This document shows, in pieces, positions 38,179 through 46,264 of a stretch of DNA of 64,000 bases. The position numbers and the translations under genes are program-made. Source of the stretch: an uncultured Anaerolineae bacterium (GTDB lineage: Bacteria; Chloroflexota; Anaerolineae; JAFGEY01); NCBI GenBank assembly GCA_964449465.1, contig CAYVBK010000012.1, forward strand, positions 26,552-90,551. Reading direction: 5' to 3'. The notes beneath the pieces are model-generated. The model did no database searches, had not been told where the DNA came from, and was given only the letters and a program-made list of their open reading frames with translations. Within the stretch, counting starts at the first letter, position 1, and each line of letters opens with the position of its first letter.

Positions 38179-39192
38179 CTAATTCTCCAACCCCATCTTT
38201 TCATCCAGCCCAAACATCACATTCATATTTTGCACCATCTGCCCCGACGCGCCTTTGACCAGATTGTCCAGCGCAGAGGCAATGATAAACTCGTTCGCGC
38301 CGGCCTGGGCAAAGGACACAGCAAAGCAGTTGGTGCAGGTGACAAAAGCCAGCGAAGCCAGTTTGCCGGGTGACAAGACGTGAATAAACGGCTCGCCGGC
38401 ATAGGTTTTGGCATAAAATTCCACCAGCCGCTCCACCGACCATCCGCCATCCAGAGTGATGTAAATGGTGGACAGGATGCCGCGGTTGACCGGCAAAAGG
38501 TGCGGCGAAAAAGTCACCCGCAGGTCGGTATCGCCCCAGGCCTTGACCTCTTGCTCGATCTCGGCCAGGTGGCGGTGCGCCCGCCCGATGCTGTAGGGCT
38601 TGAAATCCTCATTGACCTCGACAAAGAGCGAACCCACTTTGGGGACGCGGCCGGCTCCCGACACGCCCGATTTGGCGTCAATGATGATGCGCGGGTCCTG
38701 CAAATGGCCCCGACTGACCAACGGATAGAGGGCCAGCAAAGCGCAGGTAGGATAGCAGCCAGGGCAGGCTACCAGGTTGGCGGCGGCGATCTGGGGGCGA
38801 TACACTTCGGTCAACCCATAGACCGCCTGAGAAATCAGCTCTGGAGCGTGGTGTATCGTCTTGTACCATTGCTCATAGGCGCGTACATCGCGCAGCCGGA
38901 AATCGGCCGAGAGGTCAATGCAGCGCACACCGGCCTGATAGGCCCGCTGCACCCACTCGACCGACTCGCCGTGCGGCAGGCAGAAAAAGGCCACATCAAT
39001 CTGATCCAGCGGGGCCTGCTCGGCGGCAATCAGCGGGACGTCATAGGGACAAGGGTATAGGTCGCTGATGCGCTGCCCGGCGTTGCTCTGCGAAGTAGCA
39101 AAGACCAACTCAACCTGAGGATGTTTTTGAAAAACTTTGATCAATTCATAACCAGTATAACCGGTGGCGCCCAAAATACCTGCCCGAATCAT
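38179..39192 (-). CDS. argC: N-acetyl-gamma-glutamyl-phosphate reductase
   Basis: GILGATGYTG, CLPHG, DLSADFRL, CPGCYPT, SGVSGAG and DNLVKGASG. Confidence 0.96.
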   Translation of the reverse strand: MIRAGILGATGYTGYELIKVFQKHPQVELVFATSQSNAGQRISDLYPCPYDVPLIAAEQAPLDQIDVAFFCLPHGESVEWVQRAYQAGVRCIDLSADFRLRDVRAYEQWYKTIHHAPELISQAVYGLTEVYRPQIAAANLVACPGCYPTCALLALYPLVSRGHLQDPRIIIDAKSGVSGAGRVPKVGSLFVEVNEDFKPYSIGRAHRHLAEIEQEVKAWGDTDLRVTFSPHLLPVNRGILSTIYITLDGGWSVERLVEFYAKTYAGEPFIHVLSPGKLASLAFVTCTNCFAVSFAQAGANEFIIASALDNLVKGASGQMVQNMNVMFGLDEKMGLEN

Positions 39193-39221
39193 CTCTACTC
39201 CAATCTACATATCGAGCCGTT

Positions 39222-39246
39222 GTTGATTTCGACAGGCTCAATCAAC
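39222..39246. repeat. REP-like element, copy 3
   Basis: GTTGATT-TCGACAGGCTC-AATCAAC. Confidence 0.8.
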
Positions 39247-39285
39247 GCCGGCGAAACCGGCGAGCGGCCATTCTTGATATGGCGC

Positions 39286-39320
39286 AAAAAAAGGCGGCCC
39301 TCCAGTTTGGGGGGCCGCCT
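39286..39320 (-). terminator. Intrinsic terminator (attenuator) upstream of argC
   Basis: Minus strand AGGCGGCCC-CCCAAACTGGA-GGGCCGCCT followed by a T-run (7 T including the stem base). Confidence 0.85.
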
Positions 39321-39361
39321 GAGCGATCCACAGTGATGCACGACGCGACGATCCAACCTGG

Positions 39362-39418
39362 CTAGATCAAGTGGAAACCCAATCGTCGTCGCAATGTATT
39401 CAAAAAAAGGTCTCTCAT
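39362..39418 (-). CDS. Putative arg leader peptide MRDLFLNTLRRRLGFHLI (18 aa)
   Basis: ATG AGA GAC CTT TTT TTG AAT ACA TTG CGA CGA CGA TTG GGT TTC CAC TTG ATC TAG. GGAG lies 8 nt upstream; the terminator starts 41 nt after the stop. Confidence 0.72.
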   Translation of the reverse strand: MRDLFLNTLRRRLGFHLI

Positions 39419-39422
39419 CTTC

Positions 39423-40262
39423 TCAACTCCCAGTCGGCCTACAGGCGACCGACGGCCATAGTGTATCACGAAACCCGCGCCCTGTCAAAAGCTCTTGTAC
39501 CTTGAGCCGCACATCACCGGCCCGCACCAACGCTTCGCCGACCAGTATGGCATCCACACCCATGTTGCGCAAAAAATCCACATCGGCGCGGGTATGAATG
39601 CCGCTCTCGGCCACCACCACCACGCCATCGGGGATCAGTGGGCGCAGGTGGGCGGTGGTTTCAATATCCACCGTAAATGTCTCCAGATTGCGATTGTTGA
39701 TGCCAATAATGCGCGGACCGAGACGCAGGGCGCGCTCCAACTCGGCCCGGCTATGCACCTCGATCAGCGCCGACATGCCCAATCTGTCGGTCAGCGCGTA
39801 CAGCGCGGCTAGTCGCTCATCATTCAGAATGGCGACAATGAGCAGCACGGCATCGCTGCCGGCGGCGCGGGCCTCGTAGACCTGATAGGCATCCAATACA
39901 AAATCTTTGCGCAGCAATGGCGCGTTGACAGCCTGCCGCACCGCGCGCAGGTCGGCCAGCGAGCCTCCAAAAAATCGCTCATCGGTCAGCACGCTGATTG
40001 CCGCCGTGCCGCAGGCCTCATAGGTCTGGGCCAGGTTTGTGGGATCGAGGTTAGGGCAGAGCGGCCCCTTGCTGGGCGACCGGCGTTTGATCTCGGCGAT
40101 CAGGGCCACCTGGTCAGGACGGCGCAATGCCGCCGCAAACGAACGCGGCGGCATTGCGGCCGCTGCCTCGGCCTGCACCTGCGCCGGCAACCGCACCGCC
40201 TGGCATCGTTCTACCTCGATCCACTTCCAGGCCACGATTTCATCCAGGATGTTGGAGGTCAT
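39423..40262 (-). CDS. trpC: Indole-3-glycerol phosphate synthase
   Basis: Start ATG 40262. LIAEIKRRSPSKG, SVLTDERFFGGS, LLRKDF, GINNRNL and VAESGI. Confidence 0.96.
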   Translation of the reverse strand: MTSNILDEIVAWKWIEVERCQAVRLPAQVQAEAAAAMPPRSFAAALRRPDQVALIAEIKRRSPSKGPLCPNLDPTNLAQTYEACGTAAISVLTDERFFGGSLADLRAVRQAVNAPLLRKDFVLDAYQVYEARAAGSDAVLLIVAILNDERLAALYALTDRLGMSALIEVHSRAELERALRLGPRIIGINNRNLETFTVDIETTAHLRPLIPDGVVVVAESGIHTRADVDFLRNMGVDAILVGEALVRAGDVRLKVQELLTGRGFRDTLWPSVACRPTGS

Positions 40263-41289
40263 TCCGGTCTCCTTGTTTCGCCAACACAAACCCCACGCGA
40301 TGCTTGATCTGGCGCATTTTCGGCTCGGTCACTGCCTGGGCCTGCTCGGCCCCCAGAGCCAGCATCCGGTCGAGGGCGGCCGGGTCGGTCATCAACTCGA
40401 CATACCGCTCACGGAGGGGGCGCAAGGCTTCGATCACCACTTCGGCCAGTTCGCTCTTGAGTGCGCCATAGCCTCGCCCGGCAAAATGCGTCTCGATCTG
40501 CGGGCGGCTCTGGCCGGTCAGCAGTTCATAGATTTCCAACAGATTGTTGACCCCCGCTTTTTCCGGCGCGTTGCTAAAGACAATCTCGCGGCCGGTATCG
40601 GTGACGGCGTGTTTCAGCACGGCGCGGATGGTGTCGGGATCGTCGGTCAGACGCACGGCGTGGTCGCGAAGGTGCGCCTTGCTCTTGCTCATTTTCTGTG
40701 TCGGGTCGTTGAGGGCGCGGATGCGCGCGCCCACCTGCGGCAGCACTGCTTGGGGGATGACAAAGGTATCGCCATAAAGAGCGTTGAACCGTCCGGCAAT
40801 GTCGCGCGCCAGCTCGACATGCTGCTTTTGGTCCTCGCCCACCGGCACCTCATCGGCGTCATAGAGCAAAATATCGGCGGCTTGCAGCACCGGATAATCC
40901 AGCAGACCGGCACCCACGCTCTCTTGCATCTGCGCTTTGACCTTGTATTGGGTCATCCGCTCCAGCCAGCCCACCGGCGTGACGCAGTTGAGGATCCAGC
41001 AACACTCGGCATGCGCCGGCACATGGCTCTGGATGAAAATGACACAGCGGCGCGGGTCGAGGCCGCTGGCCAGGTAACAAGCAGCCAGTTCGCGAGTTTT
41101 CTGGCGCAAAGCCTCTGGCTCTTGCGGCACGGTGATAGCGTGCATATCTACGATGCAAAAATAGTTCTCTTTGTCGTTTTGCTCGGCCACCCAGCGACGG
41201 ATGGCGCCCAAATAGTTGCCGATGTGCAGCATACCCGATGGCTGAATGCCTGAAAAGACGCGCGGCCGGGCATGTTGAGACTGAACCAT
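40240..41289 (-). CDS. trpS: Tryptophanyl-tRNA synthetase
   Basis: Start ATG 41289 after SD AAGGAG. FSGIQPSG, HIGN, YPVLQAADIL, VPVGEDQKQH and KMSKS. Confidence 0.97.
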   Translation of the reverse strand: MVQSQHARPRVFSGIQPSGMLHIGNYLGAIRRWVAEQNDKENYFCIVDMHAITVPQEPEALRQKTRELAACYLASGLDPRRCVIFIQSHVPAHAECCWILNCVTPVGWLERMTQYKVKAQMQESVGAGLLDYPVLQAADILLYDADEVPVGEDQKQHVELARDIAGRFNALYGDTFVIPQAVLPQVGARIRALNDPTQKMSKSKAHLRDHAVRLTDDPDTIRAVLKHAVTDTGREIVFSNAPEKAGVNNLLEIYELLTGQSRPQIETHFAGRGYGALKSELAEVVIEALRPLRERYVELMTDPAALDRMLALGAEQAQAVTEPKMRQIKHRVGFVLAKQGDRNDLQHPG

Positions 41290-41347
41290 ATTTTTCTCCT
41301 TGAAAAAGCTCCGCACGCCCACGAGCAGAGCAACACGGCTCTTGAAG

Positions 41348-41390
41348 GTCCTTTGTGGTAAAAATAGACTTTTTCAGCGGCCTCCTGGCG
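41348..41390. mobile_element. Right-end remnant of MITE family B
   Basis: 39 bp (41348-41386) identical to 60614-60652. Confidence 0.8.
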
Positions 41391-41438
41391 CGTGGGCGCG
41401 TCAGACTCCTCACCCTGCATTGGGTTGCCTCAATCACC

Positions 41439-42479
41439 TCAGGCAGCCATTTTTTGGGTCAATTCGATCAACCCTTCCAGTTTGCTCAGAGCCGCCCCGC
41501 TGTCAATGCTATGCGCGGCCTTGCCGATGCCAGGCAGCAGACCGTCGGCGGCGCCGCCTACCAGCAAGGCCGCAGCGGCATTGAGCAGCACCGTGTCGCG
41601 ACGCGGCCCCCGGTCGCGACACGATAAAATATCGCGGGTGATTTGGGCATTCTCCCGCGGGTCGCCGCCGCGCAGGTCAGACAGGTCGGCCAGCGGCAGG
41701 CCACAATTGCGCGGATCGATGGTTTTGGTCGCCACATGCCCGTTTTCGCCGGCCACGCCAAAATAGCTGACCTGATTGGTGCCGGCGGTGCAAAGCTCGT
41801 CCAGGCCGCCGGCGCCATGCACCACATAGGCCGAGCGGGCACCCAATTCTTGCAGCACCCGGGCCAGCGGCTCGGTGAGGGCCGCATCATAGACGCCTAG
41901 CAATTGGGCCGGCGTGTTGGCGGGGTTGGTCAGCGGGCCGAGGATGTTGAAAATGGTGCGCACACCCAACTCGCGGCGCGGGCCGATGGCGTGCTTCATA
42001 GCCGGGTGCAGTTTGGGAGCAAACAAAAAGCCGATGCCCACCTCGTCAATGCACTGTGCCGCCTGCTCTGGGGTCAGGTCAATGTGGACGCCCAGAGCGG
42101 TCAGCACGTCGGCGCTGCCGCAGCGACTGCTGACGCTGCGGTTGCCGTGCTTGGCCACACCCAACCCGGCCCCGGCGACCACAAAGGCGGTGGTGGTGGA
42201 AATGTTGAATGTGCCGGCACCGTCGCCGCCGGTGCCGCAGGTATCAATCAGGTCGGCGCGGCGCGGTCTGACAGACACCGCCATACGGCGCATGGCCCGG
42301 GCGCAGCCGGTGATCTCGTCTACCGTTTCGCCCTTGAGCCGCAGCGCAATCAACAGCCCGGCAATCTGCGCCGGCGTGGCCGCGCCGCTCATCACCTGGT
42401 CCATCACCCCCTCGGCCTGCCCCGCCGACATGGATTGGCCGTTGATTAGTTGTTGAATCGCTTGTTGAATCATTGTCAT
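41439..42479 (-). CDS. trpD: Anthranilate phosphoribosyltransferase
   Basis: DTCGTGGDG, NISTT, KHGNRSVSSRCGSAD and RTIFNILGPLTNP. Confidence 0.97.
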   Translation of the reverse strand: MTMIQQAIQQLINGQSMSAGQAEGVMDQVMSGAATPAQIAGLLIALRLKGETVDEITGCARAMRRMAVSVRPRRADLIDTCGTGGDGAGTFNISTTTAFVVAGAGLGVAKHGNRSVSSRCGSADVLTALGVHIDLTPEQAAQCIDEVGIGFLFAPKLHPAMKHAIGPRRELGVRTIFNILGPLTNPANTPAQLLGVYDAALTEPLARVLQELGARSAYVVHGAGGLDELCTAGTNQVSYFGVAGENGHVATKTIDPRNCGLPLADLSDLRGGDPRENAQITRDILSCRDRGPRRDTVLLNAAAALLVGGAADGLLPGIGKAAHSIDSGAALSKLEGLIELTQKMAA

Positions 42480-42544
42480 TCTCCGGTAAAGGATAAAAGG
42501 AATAAGGGAAATAGAAATAAGGAAACAAGGGATATGGAATATGG

Positions 42545-43111
42545 TTATTGTTTAAGAGTTAAAAAGTTTTGCAAAATGTCTTTGCCGTATTCGGTCAGGA
42601 TGCTTTCCGGGTGAAATTGGACGCCGACCAGGGGAGCGGTTTTGTGCTTGAGGGCCATCACCTCGCCTTCAGAGGTAAAGGCCGTGACCTGGAGGCAGTC
42701 GGGCAGCGGCTCGTGGACGAGCAGGCTGTGATAGCGGGTGGCTTGAAAGGGACTGGGCAGTCCTTCAAAGAGGCCGCTGCCATAGTGATAGATGGGGCTG
42801 GTTTTGCCGTGCATCAGGCGGGGGGCGCGGTCTACCCGCCCGCCAAAGGCCGCGCCGATGCACTGATGCCCCAGGCAGACGCCCAAAATAGGAGTGTCGC
42901 GGTAAAACTCGCGGATCACCTCCAACGAAACCCCGCCATCTTGCGGCGCACCGGGTCCAGGCGAGATGACAATGTGATCCGGTGCGAGCCGGCGGATTTC
43001 ATCGGCGGTAATCTGATCGTTGCGGCGCACGGTCAATTCTGCGCCCAGTTCGCCCAGATATTGAACGAGATTATAGGTAAAAGAATCGTAATTATCAATC
43101 ACCAAAATCAT
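42545..43111 (-). CDS. trpG: Anthranilate synthase component II (class I GATase)
   Basis: [23 protein letters not shown] and GVQFHPES. Confidence 0.96.
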   Translation of the reverse strand: MILVIDNYDSFTYNLVQYLGELGAELTVRRNDQITADEIRRLAPDHIVISPGPGAPQDGGVSLEVIREFYRDTPILGVCLGHQCIGAAFGGRVDRAPRLMHGKTSPIYHYGSGLFEGLPSPFQATRYHSLLVHEPLPDCLQVTAFTSEGEVMALKHKTAPLVGVQFHPESILTEYGKDILQNFLTLKQ

Positions 43112-43159
43112 TTGATCCTCCTCAAATCAACATCTGATAGGGATAGGGTTCGCCCTGTC

Positions 43160-43184
43160 GGGCGAGCGCAAGGCTCGCCCCTAC
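43160..43184 (-). repeat. GTAG-type REP-like hairpin overlapping the trpE stop
   Basis: Minus strand GTAG-GGGCGAGC-CTTGC-GCTCGCCC, a perfect 8-bp stem. Confidence 0.7.
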
Positions 43185-44695
43185 TGGCCTGCTTCGGCCA
43201 TATCAATCGCCACACTCAGCGCCCGCGCTTTGTACAGCGACTCTTCCCATTCGCGCGCCGGATCACTGTCGGCGACAATGCCCGCCCCGGCCTGCAAAAA
43301 AGCTGTCTGCCCACGCATAATGATGGTGCGGATGGCGATGCAGGTATCGGCATTGCCGTTGAACCCCCAATAGCCCACGGCCCCGGCATAGACGCCCCGC
43401 CGCAGCTTTTCCAATTCTTCAATGATCTCCATCGCCCGCACTTTGGGCGCCCCGCTGACCGTGCCGGCCGGAAAGGTAGCGCGAATCAGATCGCCGGCAT
43501 CCATCCCGCTGCGCAGTGTTCCGCTCACCCGACTGACCAGGTGAATGACGTGCGAGTAGCGTTCGACCGACAGCAGGGTTTGCGGCTGCACGCTGCCATA
43601 CTCGCAAACTCGCCCCAGGTCATTGCGCCCGAGGTCTACCAGCATGACATGCTCGGCGCGCTCTTTGGGGTCGGCTAGCAGTTCGGCCTCCAGAGCGCGG
43701 TCCTCGGCCTCGTTGTGGCCGCGCCGCCGCGTGCCGGCGATGGGGCAAACGGTGGCTATGCGACCGTGCAAGCGGCAGTGCATTTCGGGCGAAGAGCCGA
43801 TCAGATAAAAGGGCGCAGCATCCGACGACCCGGCCAGGTCGAAAAAGAACATATAGGGCGATGGATTGAGGCGACGCAAGGCACGATAGATGGCAAACGG
43901 CTCGGCCGCAGTGGAGCGAGCCAGTCGCTGTGACAGCACCACCTGAAAAATGTCGCCGGCGGCAATATATTCCTGGGCCTGACACACCTGTGCTTCCAAG
44001 TCGGAGCGGGCCACGCTGGAAACCAGCTCACCGTTCGATGCGCCCGATGGGGCCGGCTGATCGGGCAGCGGGGCGTGCAGGCGCGCCTCTAACGCATCCA
44101 GGCGAGCGACGGCCTGATTGTACACCGTATCGAGGTCGGCGGTCGGCCTGGCCAGAGTGTTGATCAGGAGCAGTAGCCGGTTGGCTGCGTGGTCAAAGGC
44201 CACCAGCGCATCGGCGATCAACATGTGCATATCGGGCAGTCCCAGCAAATCGGCCGAGTCCTCGGGCAGCCGCTCCCAAAAACGCACCATATCATAACCC
44301 AAATAACCCACTGCGCCGCCCAAAAAGTAGGGCAGCCCTGGCGCAACCTGCTCTGGCGGCGCGGGCGGGGCATAGCGCGACATTTCGGCCTGAAGGACGT
44401 GCAGCGGGTCCTGGCCTGCGGCCAATGTCTGCGTATGAGGCTGGTCGCCATTGTAGATGGTCACAGAGCGGCCGCGCGCCACAACCTGCGTTTGCGGGTC
44501 GGCGCCGATGAACGAATAGCGGCCCACCTGCTCGCCACGCTCGACGCTTTCCAGCAAAAAGCTGGCCCCGCGCCCGCGCAGTTTGAGGTAAACCGACACC
44601 GGCGTCTCCAAATCGGCGGGCAGGATGCGGTATACCGGCACCGACGCACCGACCTCGGCCAGACGATGAAACTGTTCTCGTGTCAAAAAATTCAT
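43181..44695 (-). CDS. trpE: Anthranilate synthase component I
   Basis: FLLESVE, GRYSF, NPSPYMF, PIAGTRRRG, KERAEHVMLVDLGRND and GAPKVRAM. Confidence 0.97.
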   Translation of the reverse strand: MNFLTREQFHRLAEVGASVPVYRILPADLETPVSVYLKLRGRGASFLLESVERGEQVGRYSFIGADPQTQVVARGRSVTIYNGDQPHTQTLAAGQDPLHVLQAEMSRYAPPAPPEQVAPGLPYFLGGAVGYLGYDMVRFWERLPEDSADLLGLPDMHMLIADALVAFDHAANRLLLLINTLARPTADLDTVYNQAVARLDALEARLHAPLPDQPAPSGASNGELVSSVARSDLEAQVCQAQEYIAAGDIFQVVLSQRLARSTAAEPFAIYRALRRLNPSPYMFFFDLAGSSDAAPFYLIGSSPEMHCRLHGRIATVCPIAGTRRRGHNEAEDRALEAELLADPKERAEHVMLVDLGRNDLGRVCEYGSVQPQTLLSVERYSHVIHLVSRVSGTLRSGMDAGDLIRATFPAGTVSGAPKVRAMEIIEELEKLRRGVYAGAVGYWGFNGNADTCIAIRTIIMRGQTAFLQAGAGIVADSDPAREWEESLYKARALSVAIDMAEAGQ

Positions 44696-44774
44696 CTTGC
44701 ACTCCTATATCACTGCAATGTCCGGCAGTGCCAGACTCTCCAACGATTTAACCAAAACCCAACAAACCCAACAC

Positions 44775-45176
44775 GCCAAACAAAAAACGCCTCTCATCCG
44801 CAACATTCATCGTTGTCAAACAACGATAAACATCGAGGACGAGAGGCGTTCAATCGCTTCCCGTGGTACCACCTCGTTTGGGTCGGCCAGGCCGGGTCGA
44901 AACAAAAAAGCGCACGCCATCTCTTGATAGCCGTGCGCGCGCCCAACATGCCAGCCCCACTCTGCGAATACGCTCCGTCGCCGGATCATCCCGGTGCAGG
45001 TTGATACTCTGTGCCTTGATAACGGTGGCTCTTCCGGCCTGCCCTACTGCTTTCGGGCAGGCAGCTCCCCGGCCCATTCACTTTTGTCGTTGGCGAGCAG
45101 GCTCTCACCACCAGGCCTGCCTCTCTGACGCGCGTTCAAAAGTTACTCTTCCGGTTCTGCGCTGTTGGTTGATGGA
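44775..45176 (-). promoter_or_regulatory. T-box riboswitch with Trp (UGG) specifier
   Basis: GAAGAGTAA, CAGAGAG and GGTGAGAGCC stem I motifs; specifier GAA-TGG (45076-45074); CCGTTA; T-box AAACGAGGTGGTACCACGG (44879-44861); terminator AACGCCTCTC / GAGAGGCGTT-TTTT. Confidence 0.93.
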
Positions 45177-45189
45177 TAGAATGGACGGC

Positions 45190-45217
45190 ATTATACTCTA
45201 AAAGTGGAGGATGTCAA
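45190..45217 (-). promoter_or_regulatory. sigma70 promoter of the trp T-box leader
   Basis: TTGACA (45217-45212)-N16-TATAAT (45195-45190). Confidence 0.8.
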
Positions 45218-45218
45218 A

Positions 45219-46103
45219 TCAGCCAGCCTGCCAGGTCACAATGTACTCGGTCAGATCGTCAGGACGGGCGACGGACGGCTCGTGAATCGCCCATTGCCCG
45301 CGCAGGCCATTCTCCTGGGCGGTCAGCGCAAAATGACACATGGCAATGCCCATATCCACCCGCTGAATGTCGTCTATCTGAACCAGCCCCAGGGCCGGCT
45401 TGCGATAGCCGGGGCTGCGTTGCAGGTAGAAATGCCATTGGCCATGATGCTCGTCGCGCCCGCTCTCATGCACGATGCGCCAGGGCTGCTTGTTGGACGC
45501 CGACGGCCCCAGCCGCACCATTTCCAGCGACAGGGCGTACAGGCCGGCCGGTTCGGGCAGCAGCGGTTGACCAAACTGTCCATTGAAAAAGAGCTGTTCC
45601 CAGCCCAGCCGATGATCCGAGCCGGCCTGGCGGCGAAGAAACCGGTCTACCATGCGCGTTTTGTTGGCGGCATAACCCACCGCGCACACGGCAGACATCA
45701 TCTCATCGGGACGCAAAGCCATGCGGCGGGCAAAACTGCTGCGGGTAAATGTGCCACCCAGCCAGCACGTGCCAAGCCCCAGGTCAGTAGCATACAGCAC
45801 AATCTGCTCCATCAAATATCCAAAATCTTCCAGGTTACGCTGGCCCGCGCCCAATGCGCCGATGATAAAGCCAGTTGCACCTTGAATGAACCCATAGGTG
45901 CCCAGCCCTCTGAGCGATTGCCGACCTTGGGCATCGGCAGCAATCAGCATAAACCGCGCCCGGCTGCCCAATGGCCCACGTTCCAGTTCGCTCAGGCATT
46001 GGTTCAGTTCTCTCTGTTTGTCGGGTTCAATGGGTTGAGCGGTATAGCTCCGGCACGAAGAACGCCGGCGGATCAACTCAATCACCGATGAGATAAATTG
46101 CAT
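45219..46103 (-). CDS. Nitroreductase-family protein (two-domain type)
   Basis: Start ATG 46103. IRRRSSCRSY, GLGTCWLGGTF, VRLGPSASNKQPWR and DMGIAMCHF. Confidence 0.88.
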   Translation of the reverse strand: MQFISSVIELIRRRSSCRSYTAQPIEPDKQRELNQCLSELERGPLGSRARFMLIAADAQGRQSLRGLGTYGFIQGATGFIIGALGAGQRNLEDFGYLMEQIVLYATDLGLGTCWLGGTFTRSSFARRMALRPDEMMSAVCAVGYAANKTRMVDRFLRRQAGSDHRLGWEQLFFNGQFGQPLLPEPAGLYALSLEMVRLGPSASNKQPWRIVHESGRDEHHGQWHFYLQRSPGYRKPALGLVQIDDIQRVDMGIAMCHFALTAQENGLRGQWAIHEPSVARPDDLTEYIVTWQAG

Positions 46104-46264
46104 AAGAACCTCCCCACTTTTTGTACCTGGCGCAATGGGCCAACTCCACGCGGTTTCGATACAACTTTTGACTTGACTTGGATTATAAAGGTAATATCGA
46201 GGCCGGTCAACTCTTGGAATATGGTGTCGGCAAATGGACAATTTTTCAGTGGCCCGCCGATGGC

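Noticed and set aside
39385-39410. Possible ArgR ARG box (TGAATACATTGCGA), and TTGAATTAATTATTTCAA at 37156-37173
   Set aside because: The second half-site does not match in the first case. The spacing is two bases too long in the second, which also lies inside a MITE.
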